A stretch of 63,156 bases of DNA, the filler included, from Octopus bimaculoides (Eukaryota), in NCBI RefSeq assembly GCF_001194135.2. It is 11 parts of 9 records of this genome, joined end to end, with 100 filler letters (N's around TTAATTAATTAA, not from the genome) between each part and the next. Parts side by side here need not be neighbours in the genome. Positions count along the whole stretch, not along the records: positions 36,085 to 38,665 come from NC_069002.1; positions 38,766 to 48,759 come from NC_069004.1; positions 48,860 to 51,305 come from NC_068997.1; 8 more parts are not named here. One strand, 5' to 3'. The notes below the pieces were generated by a model. The model was not told the DNA's origin. It saw only the letters and a program-made list of their open reading frames with translations, and did no database searches. Positions 37,794 through 49,495 of this stretch are shown here, one piece after another. Each line of letters begins with the position of its first letter. Positions within the stretch are counted from its first letter, which is position 1. The position numbers and the translations under genes are program-made.

Positions 37794-38834
37794 TTCAAAG
37801 TTTAGTACTAGAATAACAAGAAGAAGAAGAAGAAGGATACATCATCACCCTCATTTCTATCATCGGATGCATCAACAAGTGTTACAACAATTACAGCGAA
37901 AATCGTCAGAGTGTAACAACAACAACAACAGCACTGGCAACAACCATCACCACAACAACAACAACAACAGCAACAGCGAGAGCAGCAGCAGCAACAACAA
38001 CAACAATGGCGACATCAACAACAGCAACAACGACGGCAGCATCAACCACAGCAGCAGCAGAAGCAGCAGCAGCAACAAGTGTGAAAAACCAGAACGGCGC
38101 CAACGTCAACGTCTCCATATTGAAGAGATAGAGAGCATCCATGATAGGATACGAGCTTTGATAAGAGTAACACAGGCAGCGATTGCGATATATGCAATGG
38201 CGTTGTTACGGCGTCGAACATTGCATAGCATAAGAACGCAGTGTCTGTGTGTCAGTTACGGGGAGGAGAGGGGAGAAGAGATTGAGAGAGAGAGGGAGAG
38301 AGAGAGAGAGAGGGAGTGAGTGAGAGGGAGTAAGCGAGGGTGGCGAGTAAGAGGTTTAAAGGCTGAGATTACGTTTGCATTATTAGGGGAAGTGGGAAAA
38401 AAGGGGAAAGGCTGAGTGCGTGTTGTGGGAGAAAGGGAGTGAGAAGGGGAAGAGAGGGAGAGACAAAGAGATAAATGCTGTGAGGTGTAATGTGTGTGTG
38501 TGTGTCTATATACAAACATACATACATACATATATACATACATACATAGATATATACATATGTTTGTGTGTGCACATATATATATATATTTGTGCCTGTG
38601 CAAATGTGTGTATTTGCACAGTCTTACACACATCCATTCACACATGTATATATATATATATATATNNNNNNNNNNNNNNNNNNNNNNNNNNNNNNNNNNN
38701 NNNNNNNNNTTAATTAATTAANNNNNNNNNNNNNNNNNNNNNNNNNNNNNNNNNNNNNNNNNNNNTATTGCTAAAATTTATCTGCAATAAATTGGTTATA
38801 CTTCTACAAAATATTTTATCAATTTTTTCATACA

Positions 38835-38973
38835 ATTCCTAATAATATTTAATTATAAACATATAATAGGATTTTCCAACCATAAAATGGTTACGAGGGT
38901 CCACCTGAGTAAAATGGGAATCAAAAGGGTCCATAGGTGATAAGGGGCCAGAGGTTGATAACCTCTGATCTAA
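38835..38973. mobile_element. hAT-like MITE fragment
   Basis: Ends in ggttgataacctctgatcta; homologous in reverse complement to 46780-46870. Confidence 0.4.
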
Positions 38974-39289
38974 CCTATGAGTTTCACAGGAAACCTTCAA
39001 CGATGCAGAGCCGCCGCACACCAAATGTCTTATACGCTGAAACTTTCATTCACCAAACTAAACCTTTACCAATCCAATCCAATCTTTGAACATTTTACCC
39101 CCAATTCTTACGTTTTAGAACATTACAGAAAATTCCACGACTCACAACTTGCCTGTATTTTGAACGGTTTACATATTGAAATTCCGGCCACCAAATTCTT
39201 CAATTTTAAAAATATTCCTCTCCCCAAACCACTGCTTCGCTAAATATTTCAACCACAAAATGAAACTTTTATCAATAAAATTGTTCGCC

Positions 39290-39945
39290 ACAAAATTGAT
39301 TGACTCGTGTTCCTCTCATCAAGCTAAATATTGAAGCCATGAAACGAAACCTTTCTCAATAAGATTGTTCACTACAAAATTGATTGACTCGTGTTCCTCT
39401 CATCAAGCTAAATATTGAAGCCATGAAACGAAACCTTTCTCAATAAGATTGTTCACTACAAAATTGATNNNNNNNNNNNNNNNNNNNNNNNNNNNNNNNN
39501 NNNNNNNNNNNNNNNNNNNNNNNNNNNNNNNNNNNNNNNNNNNNNNNNNNNNNNNNNNNNNNNNNNNNNNNNNNNNNNNNNNNNNNNNNNNNNNNNNNNN
39601 NNNNNNNNNNNNNNNNNNNNNNNNNNNNNNNNNNNNNNNNNNNNNNNNNNNNNNNNNNNNNNNNNNNNNNNNNNNNNNNNNNNNNNNNNNNNNNNNNNNN
39701 NNNNNNNNNNNNNNNNNNNNNNNNNNNNNNNNNNNNNNNNNNNNNNNNNNNNNNNNNNNCACAAAATTGATTGACTCGTGTTCCTCTCATCAAGCTAAAT
39801 ATTGAAGCCATGAAACGAAACCTTTCTCAATAAGATTGTTCACTACAAAATTGATTGACTCGTGTTCCTCTCATCAAGCTAAATATTGAAGCCATGAAAC
39901 GAAACCTTTCTCAATAAGATCGTTCGCTACAAAATCGATTGACTC
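39290..39945. repeat. 84-bp minisatellite, at least 4 copies, collapsed across a gap
   Basis: Unit starts at 39290, 39374, 39458, then 39761, 39845 and 39929; near-identical copies; stops in all six frames. Confidence 0.95.
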
Positions 39946-40134
39946 GTCAAACCCTTCATTCATGAAAACCTTCGTTTAACATTATCCGCCATCCTTGCCA
40001 CTCTTACATTCACATTATGTTCTCCATCTCTTAACACTTCAAATTCAATATAAGCTGATCACTATCGCGAACAACACTCATTACTCCCCACATCTCTCTC
40101 TCTCTATCTAAGTGCCTTATATATATTTCATTTG

Positions 40135-40980
40135 TCGAGCCTGGAGGAAGGGGCAGCGCCCATGGCCCTCGCAAGTCGTCTGACACCAGTGAGATTGATG
40201 TCATCAATGTTTGTCTTGGAGTCGTTGGAAACTAACATGTGTGGGTAAAGATAAAAGCGGGAATAGGGCTTCTACGGTTTGACGTTCTACGAAGGAAGCA
40301 GTGGGCGTGGTGATTAGTGGTGGCCTGACAAAAAGAGAAAAATTGAATATAACAAGGGTGGCAGGACAGGAGTGGGCCGGGTGTGTCTGAGTAGTGGTAG
40401 AGTGTGCCCAGGTTGCGCTGAGAAGTAGAAGCCATCGTAGTAGCAGTAAAAAAGGCAGAGAGGAGGTACTGTGCCTGTGGACCAGAGGTTAGGGCATATT
40501 TGCGAGTGAATTTACGTCATTCATTCGAGTGGCCTTTTCTGGATGCTGTCTAAGATGTATGTATGCAGCAGCAACACGATTCTAGATGTGAGAGCAATAC
40601 TTCATTGTGGGTCTCAGTTGAGCTTTGTAGAGAATTATTAGTTGTGGAGGATTGTCGAATCTTGTAATCCTAAAAACACGACTAGTTGTTTGGACGCGCT
40701 CTTAGCTATGCCAAGGACGTACTTTCGTCTGGAGAGATCCTAGTGACAATGAAACTATCATCGAAGACCTCTCCAGGCGAAAGTAGGTCCTTATAACTGG
40801 AGCAATTTTGAGGGATCTTGTAGAGATGTGACCAAATGTAAAGAGGGTCTGCCATTGTGTGTTTTTTATGTGAGTGGCATATGTGTTTCCTTGTAATTGA
40901 AAGACAACATTATCAGATCCATCTACCCCTATAGATAAGCTCATAGGGCTGACTTTCATCCCTATTAATTCGTTGTTCAA
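40135..40980 (-). mobile_element. CR1/Jockey-group LINE, 3' end of ORF2 and 3' UTR
   Basis: LGIAKSASKQLVVFLGLQDSTIPPQLIILYKAQLRPTMKYCSHI* matches the LYKAQ.RP.MEYCSH.W motif; GC-rich hairpin-like 3' UTR at about 40150-40180. Confidence 0.75.
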
Positions 40981-41226
40981 TTCCAGTCAGTGTTGTATAT
41001 TTATTACTTCATTCTTCGCTCAATAAAATAAGTACCAGTAATATACGGTGATAAATTCAATCGATTTTTACCTTTGCTTTACTAATTTATGATATTTGTA
41101 CTAATTACTTTTAGTCTAAGTTCATTAGATGCTGGAGCTAATTGCTCCTCTTAATGTCACTTTACTCCAAGAAGAAATTATAAAGGTTACATTTCAGAAA
41201 ATCATGGACTTCAAGAATATCTCATT

Positions 41227-41283
<57 letters not shown>

Positions 41284-43597
41284 NNNNNNNNNNNNNNNNN
41301 NNNNNNNNNNNNNNNNNNNNNNNNNNNNNNNNNNNNNNNNNNNNNNNNNNNNNNNNNNNNNNNNNNNNNNNNNNNNNNNNNNNNNNNNNNNNNNNNNNNN
41401 NNNNNNNNNNNNNNNNNNNNNNNNNNNNNNNNNNNNNNNNNNNNNNNNNNNNNNNNNNNNNNNNNNNNNNNNNNNNNNNNNNNNNNNNNNNNNNNNNNNN
41501 NNNNNNNNNNNNNNNNNNNNNNNNNNNNNNNNNNNNNNNNNNNNNNNNNNNNNNNNNNNNNNNNNNNNNNNNNNNNNNNNNNNNNNNNNNNNNNNNNNNN
41601 NNNNNNNNNNNNNNNNNNNNNNNNNNNNNNNNNNNNNNNNNNNNNNNNNNNNNNNNNNNNNNNNNNNNNNNNNNNNNNNNNNNNNNNNNNNNNNNNNNNN
41701 NNNNNNNNNNNNNNNNNNNNNNNNNNNNNNNNNNNNNNNNNNNNNNNNNNNNNNNNNNNNNNNNNNNNNNNNNNNNNNNNNNNNNNNNNNNNNNNNNNNN
41801 NNNNNNNNNNNNNNNNNNNNNNNNNNNNNNNNNNNNNNNNNNNNNNNNNNNNNNNNNNNNNNNNNNNNNNNNNNNNNNNNNNNNNNNNNNNNNNNNNNNN
41901 NNNNNNNNNNNNNNNNNNNNNNNNNNNNNNNNNNNNNNNNNNNNNNNNNNNNNNNNNNNNNNNNNNNNNNNNNNNNNNNNNNNNNNNNNNNNNNNNNNNN
42001 NNNNNNNNNNNNNNNNNNNNNNNNNNNNNNNNNNNNNNNNNNNNNNNNNNNNNNNNNNNNNNNNNNNNNNNNNNNNNNNNNNNNNNNNNNNNNNNNNNNN
42101 NNNNNNNNNNNNNNNNNNNNNNNNNNNNNNNNNNNNNNNNNNNNNNNNNNNNNNNNNNNNNNNNNNNNNNNNNNNNNNNNNNNNNNNNNNNNNNNNNNNN
42201 NNNNNNNNNNNNNNNNNNNNNNNNNNNNNNNNNNNNNNNNNNNNNNNNNNNNNNNNNNNNNNNNNNNNNNNNNNNNNNNNNNNGTGTCTCTTTTGCAACT
42301 GCATTTGTTTCGGTCAAATGATGGAATTTCTTCCAAAATGGCTAACCTAAAGAATCTAAAGGTGTCCGATATTGAGTGTTAATGACTTACTGGCTTCTTT
42401 GTGAGAAGTTCTGCTTTTTGATTGGTATTTTTGAAACCCCGTTGGGTTCCCATGCATCCTCTTTGTTCAATAAACTGGATTGCTGTGGTCGTTTTTATTT
42501 ACTGTCTACTGAATCCTGAAACATTACACCTGGTTATGTGTCACCAGTCAGAGACAGGACGTGACCAGAACTCGCCTAACAAGGAGTTTAAGTCATGTAT
42601 ATTGTTTGTACCCTGGCTGTGATAATTTTTTTTCTTTATAGAATATCCATCGTATGTTTCATAGCTTAACAATGATAACTTTTCCATATTTAAAATTGAG
42701 AGATGAAGAGCTTAAATTACCACAATTGAGAGATGAGGAGCTTAAATTACAGGTACATGAAGGGAGAGCTGTGACTGGCAAAAAGTGGAATGCGGGACAA
42801 AATATTTTATTAAAATTTACTTAAGGTTCTTTAAGCTGAATTCGTACCCCATCAAGTTTGGTTTTGACTTTCAAGCTTCCAGGGGGTGAACACGCTAAGC
42901 GTATCAAATACTGGATCAGTTTAGGTGAATAGACTGTATTCTTCGAGTGATCAGATGTATATATGTGAAAAATAAATATTTGTATGGATGCACAATGAAG
43001 GAATAAGAATTACTTTTTCTTTGAAACTATTAAATATATGTATGTAATAAATCGATGATTGGAGTTTAATTCAGTAGTGACAATTGTTTCAGTACAGCAT
43101 GGGAAACTCATTTCATAAACATGGATGTTAATTTTTATTTTCCGCTGCTTTTGCGGATTTTGATGACTCTTTGTCACCATACAATTCTATTATCATGAAT
43201 TTGAATTGGGAGATTGATTCATAGTGAATCTTTCATTAGCTGATTACACAATCAAGGATGCCACTCCTATGGATGACTTGCAGTTATTCTTTTGATAGAG
43301 CTTGGTAACCCTGATAGTTGATCTAGGATTCCTTCGCTCAGCATCAATGTAAGAAGCAGCATTGGGTCAGTTGAGCTCTTCTGCAACCTCTTTACAGTCT
43401 ACCATGTTGCAGTCCCATGATTTCGCCGTATCCTGGCAGGGTGGCTGAACGGGTGCCATGTCTTGCCAAAGGGCAGCCTCTAACTACGCAGCGTATGGTG
43501 TCACTCCATGAGGTATTTTCAAAATACCTACGTACTCGCAAATATTAATAACAATATGAATATAATGAATTCATTATATATCTATCTATATATAAAT

Positions 43598-43666
<69 letters not shown>

Positions 43667-44111
43667 TATGCTCATTAAATTATTTTTCCACGGTGCATCG
43701 AAACTATTGTAACTATAGAATTAAAGATAATACCATAAATTCCAGCCTTTGATTTCATGTATTCATACTCTACGTCTAATTTACTTGGTCCAGAATTTTT
43801 GTCTGCATGAATAGTTAATCTTTTTCCCATAAACCCTTTACGGATATACAAGTGATAACAAGTATTCGCAGAAATGCTTCCTGAGGATACAACTTGGATT
43901 TTAATCCTCNNNNNNNNNNNNNNNNNNNNNNNNNNNNNNNNNNNNNNNNNNNNNNNNNNNNNNNNNNNNNNNNNNNNNNNNNNNNNNNNNNNNNNNNNNN
44001 NNNNNNNNNNNNNNNNNNNNNNNNNNNNNNNNNNNNNNNNNNNNNNNNNNNNNNNNNNNNNNNNNNNNNNNNNNNNNNNNNNNNNNNNNNNNNNNNNNNN
44101 NNNNNNNNNNN

Positions 44112-44216
<105 letters not shown>

Positions 44217-44544
44217 CTTTCGTTAACCAAAAATAGCTGGGTGACATAAGTGCTGAGCTTTCGGTTACAAAAATTGTGTCCGTATCCTAAATTTGTCATT
44301 GCTTTAAGCAGGGGGAAGCACTGTAAACCTGGCGAGTGTCTACTTAACTTACTGTTCTGAGTTCAGATCTGATCACACACACACACACACACACNNNNNN
44401 NNNNACACACACACACACACACACATTGTATGCATGCACACATACATGTAACTGCACACACATTATACAATTGTATATTATCATATTTAGATGCCCATTA
44501 GGAAAAGTTATCTTCAAACTATATACCAAAACATATTGATATCA

Positions 44545-44588
<44 letters not shown>

Positions 44589-46049
44589 NNNNNNNNNNNN
44601 NNNNNNNNNNNNNNNNNNNNNNNNNNNNNNNNNNNNNNNNNNNNNNNNNNNNNNNNNNNNNNNNNNNNNNNNNNNNNNNNNNNNNNNNAACTCGGAACCA
44701 TGTGGTTGGTAAGCAAGCTACTTACCACACACCCACTCATATATATATATGTATATACACACATGCACACATAAAATATGTATACATCATATACTCACAC
44801 TAGATAAAGTAGTTTTATATCCTTTGTGCCTGACATTTAGACCAGCTGGTTCCGACTGGAATGTTTTCCCCAACACACACAGCAGAAAACATGCGCGCGC
44901 GCGCGTTTTAATGTAAAGCATTTCAATTCAATAACCAGATATAATTAGTTTCTTTGCGATCTGTCAATCATTATTTTCGAATGAAGAGGAAACCGAACCT
45001 AGCAGGATTCGAACATAGGAATACATACACCATGGTTTGTATAGGTGAGCAAAAAAATATAGTCTAAGAGCAGTAAATCCTACCAAAATTATTCCTTTGT
45101 TTCCAGTGAATTTAGTTCTACACCACGGAATAACTGAACTCTTCTTGTCTTTTTTTCGGTGTTACTAAATATTCGTGTGTAATTTGGGCAGAATTTCAGT
45201 AGTGTCTTGCTCAGAACACATCACAATACGTTTAAGAACCAATGTAAGACGTTTAACCATAAAGCATTTCGCTTATCTTATCTCTGTCTTCGTTATCTTG
45301 TCTGTTGCATTCTCAGTAATAGAGCAACATAACGAAAACCCGAAGTTATTAGACATAGGAAACTACTTCTACCCTTCCTCGTACATTTGTTTCTGGTTTA
45401 CTATTCTGGTTTATTATCTACAAAGCGCCCTATATATTTTCTAATCCCTTTCCGGTGTACACATCCGGATTCCGTAATGTGTGGTATGCAAATCAAATCA
45501 ACAAAACACCCATCACTTCAACAGCGCTTCTCTCCCTACAGTGCTGAGAGAGATATACCCCCAGGGTAGCTCCTTATACCTAAGTCGACTGTAGTACATT
45601 GAAGTTCCCACTTAGAGCCAGTTGGCTTTTTCACAATGGTATCTCCTCACACATAAGTGTAATGTATCCTACTGTAAAGTAATATCTTATGGTATTAATT
45701 CAGAGCTAGATAACACAGTTTTTCACTGATTTTGTTATCAACGTACACCTAGATCAAACGTACCTTAGAGTGTTATCAATCTATAACGAGGTAGACATTA
45801 TTTCTCTGTGATAAATGGAATGTACCTCTAACCGGGGGTATATATTTGAGGCTAGATTAATAGTACCACATCATGATATCAACTTACGGCTAGACGGACA
45901 GTACTTCAATGTGGTAACTGTTTGCATTTAAATGAATGTACGTCACTATAGTACCTATAATATTTCTTTAAAACTAGATGGAATATACCTCACTTTGATT
46001 TTATGAGATCTGCTTACAGCTAGAAGACCAGTACCATGATATATATATA

Positions 46050-46258
46050 CAAGGTGTCCAGAAGGTCTGGGTACATGGAGTAAATAAAATCATAACATAA
46101 ACAATTAAATATAAGAAATAATTTCTTAAAGTATGTGTTAATCCCCATGTGGGTACATGGAGTAAATAAAATCATAACATAAGCAATTAAATATAAGAAA
46201 TAATAATTTCTTAAAGTATGTGTTAATCCTCATGTACACAGACTTTGTGGACACCCTG
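46050..46258. mobile_element. Tc1/mariner-type MITE with internal tandem duplication
   Basis: TIRs CAAGGTGTCCAGAAGGTCTGGGTACATG and CATGTACACAGACTTTGTGGACACCCTG, TA on both sides; an internal segment of about 82 bp is duplicated (starts 46069 and 46151). Confidence 0.85.
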
Positions 46259-46769
46259 TATATATCAGGAAGGAAATAGGTGATTTGTGACGTCTGAACA
46301 ATTGGTCGTTACCGTCTAAAGGTGTCTCATCATCTGGACGTGTTTTACTTTATGAAATAATGATTTGAAAAGATTTGTAATCCAGAATTGAGAGACAAAA
46401 ATATCTAACATCTTCTTCATATCTGTAAGAATGTTTGTATGTGTATGTATATACATGTACATATAGTTATCAATGACAAAAGGAACATGCATTGGCCTAC
46501 AGTTTTTCCACCATAGGGGACTGTGGACCGAGAGATGAGTGACACTGAGAGTTTCCTATGTTTTCAGCCTGCAAGCTCTTTTGGCCGGTGCTTACCTCAA
46601 TTTCGCAGGTATTTGAATATCGAGGATTACAAACACTCTGCCTGAGCGGGACACCAGTCCGTCATAAGATAAACTTCTAGCTACAGACTGAGCCTCATTA
46701 GGTACTGACAAAGAGAGGGATTGGATGAAAAGAAGAGACGATGAGATGAGATGTACCTGCTCCTTCTCT

Positions 46770-47303
46770 CCCCATATTTTCAGCCTGTGGACCCCTTTGA
46801 TTTCTGTTTTACTCGGGTGGACCCTCATAGCCATTCGATGTTTTTAAAATACCCTATTATATTTTTATGACTAAATATTAAGAAATTACTCTTTTACTTG
46901 TTTCAGTCATTTGACTGTGGCCATGCTGGAGCACCGCCTTTAGTCGAGCAAATCGACCCCCAGGACTTATTCTTTGTAAGCCTAGTACTTATTCTATCGG
47001 TCTCTTTTGCCGAACTGCTAAGTNNNNNNNNNNNNNNNNNNNNNNNNNNNNNNNNNNNNNNNNNNNNNNNNNNNNNNNNNNNNNNNNNNNNNNNNNNNNN
47101 NNNNNNNNNNNNNNNNNNNNNNNNNNNNNNNNNNNNNNNNNNNNNNNNNNNNNNNNNNNNNNNNNNNNNNNNNNNNNNNNNNNNNNNNNNNNNNNNNNNN
47201 NNNNNNNNNNNNNNNNNNNNNNNNNNNNNNNNNNNNNNNNNNNNNNNNNNNNNNNNNNNNNNNNNNNNNNNNNNNNNNNNNNNNNNATATATATATATAT
47301 ATA

Positions 47304-47335
<32 letters not shown>

Positions 47336-47602
47336 CGACGGGCTTCTTTCAGTTTCCGTCTACCAAGTCCACTCACAAGGCTTTGGTTGGCCCGAGGCTA
47401 TAGTAGAAGACACTTGCCCAAGGTGCCACGCAGTGGGACTGAACCCGGAACTATGTGGTTGGTAAGCAAGCTACTTACCACACAGCCACTCCTACGCCTA
47501 TTGTTGGAGTATTTTGCTTATTGTAGAAGTAAAACCAATTTATAGGAGATTAATTTTAACAATGAAATCTTATATGGACCCCGGTTGAGAACCATTGATC
47601 GT
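46770..47602. mobile_element. hAT-like MITE interrupted by a SINE
   Basis: Pieces at 46780-46880 and 47500-47602; right end ggacccccggttgagaaccattgatc is the reverse complement of a CA(A/G)TGGTTCTCAACC-type TIR. Confidence 0.45.
46890..47498 (-). mobile_element. Full-length young SINE family C (gap in the middle)
   Basis: Head on the minus strand ggcgtaggagtggctgtgtggtaag...ccgggttcagtccc; CpGs retained. Confidence 0.85.
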
Positions 47603-48115
47603 AAACTAATATTTATAACACTTGTCACATAAAACCACTCAACATCCTATTACGTTACAGTATGCACGATATCTTGCCATATCACACGCCGATTTGTCAT
47701 ATGAGCTCACATATCATATCATCACATTATACTGCATCTTGTCAGGAGGCACAACTCTTGCACCATATTACTCTACATTTCGGTGACATTATACGTTATT
47801 GCAGTACATCTTATCGCATCAAGCACCAACCACACCATATTACGTCTCGGTATCTCACATACTATTAAAACAAACACATTGTACGAAGTATTAGCGCATT
47901 ATATCACGTCATGATATCGCATTGCGTCACATATCACATTACGTCACGGCATTTCATTACGTCACATCACATTACATTAAGTTATAACTTGCCACCTCAT
48001 CACATTATATGACGTCATACCTTTATGATGGAAAATGTAAAAATACAACGAAACACCAAACACCACTAAAAAATAAAGTAAAGCTCTCTATCTATCTATC
48101 TATCTCTATCTAGAT

Positions 48116-48173
<58 letters not shown>

Positions 48174-48662
48174 GCGCAGCTACATTCACATCTATATGTT
48201 TGTGGAGCGCATTATATCTGCTTTTGTAGATATACGTGTGTGTGTTTCAGAATGTGAGCGCAAACATGTGTGCCTGCGTGTGTGTGCGCGTGTGTGTGCG
48301 TGTGTGTGTCAGTACCTGAGCGCGTGAAGATGTAATGATACTGCCGACTAACGTTACCTCTACTCTTTAAAGAGCTCTCTAGCTTACCGTCAGCATTCCT
48401 TGTCCCAATAAGTCCTTTGAACAAGATCTAGCGGCTCTAGCGATATTCTGTTTCACCTGGCAGAGGCCCAGTAGTTGATCTAGGATAAACACAGCCTACA
48501 ATACCTCTGCCTCTTCCAAGCTGCTTAGCTCGGCTCTTTGACTGATTGGGTGGCTGCTGTTTTGATGAACATGCATGAAGAAGAAACATTCTAAATAAGA
48601 TATATGCTAAACATTATCCATTGTAAAATATATGATCTGTTGTTTGTCTGACACTGCGTCCC

Positions 48663-48697
<35 letters not shown>

Positions 48698-48707
48698 CCT
48701 CTCTCTT

Positions 48708-48759
<52 letters not shown>

Positions 48760-48929
48760 NNNNNNNNNNNNNNNNNNNNNNNNNNNNNNNNNNNNNNNNN
48801 NNNTTAATTAATTAANNNNNNNNNNNNNNNNNNNNNNNNNNNNNNNNNNNNNNNNNNNNCGTGTGTGTGTGTGTGTATGTGTGAGTGTGTAACTTTTGCT
48901 TTATCATGATATATATATGTATATGTATA

Positions 48930-49158
48930 TTGGGTTGTCCGGAAAGTTCGTGCCGATTTATACTAGCTTACCTTTCGACTTATTTGCCATGAAATAACCT
49001 CAGTTCATGGGAAGAGGGCATTTTCAAGTTAAAGGAAAGATGGAGAAGCATTGTGCAAGAAAATGGTTCATATTTGGTTGATTAAAAATGTAATGGCAAG
49101 TATTTATTGACCTTTTTCTTTCCTTTAAAAATCGGCACGAACTTTCCCGACAACCCAA
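48930..49158 (+). mobile_element. Mariner MITE, 229 bp, retaining the transposase C-terminus
   Basis: TIRs TTGGGTTGTCCGGAAAGTTCGTGCCGATTT and AAATCGGCACGAACTTTCCCGACAACCCAA, TA on both sides; encodes EGIFKLKERWRSIVQENGSYLVD*, a typical mariner C-terminus. Confidence 0.9.
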
Positions 49159-49184
49159 TATATTGTATCGCAATTGTTATGACG

Positions 49185-49495
49185 TGTAGCAACAATGAAA
49201 TATACAACGAAGCAGGGTAACAACAGCGTAACAATCCAACAAACTCTCCACAAAATATACACGAACCAACAAACGATATTCCGATAAACTACCAAAACGA
49301 CACCATACGACTTCCTGCGATTAACACCTATTCTGACTGTCTCTCATCTTAGACCGCTGCTATTTATAGTCGTTCGGTCAAGTCTGTTCTCGCAGTGGGT
49401 CTCGTGTCTCTGGTCATAACATTTCTCGACTTCATTAGGAAACGAAATTTATTTTATTATTATTATTTATTATTTTTTTTTTTTTCTTTCCAACA
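49185..49495 (-). mobile_element. 3' LTR of the Gypsy element (311 bp)
   Basis: On the minus strand it begins TGTTGG directly after the polypurine tract AAAACGGGAGAGG, ends GCTACA and contains CTATAAATAG. Confidence 0.75.

Noticed and set aside
39290-39945. C2H2 zinc-finger array or CRISPR, suggested by the 84-bp period
   Set aside because: Stops occur in all six frames, there is no Cys/His pattern, and units are identical with no unique spacers.
40135-40190. GC hairpin as a Helitron end
   Set aside because: No terminal CTRR; better explained as the 3' UTR of the adjacent minus-strand LINE.
43665-43715. ATGC...GCATC-GAAAC-TATT-GTA, resembling a hammerhead 3' half
   Set aside because: The 5' core and stem I strand are replaced by a CA microsatellite; cannot be supported without a family consensus.
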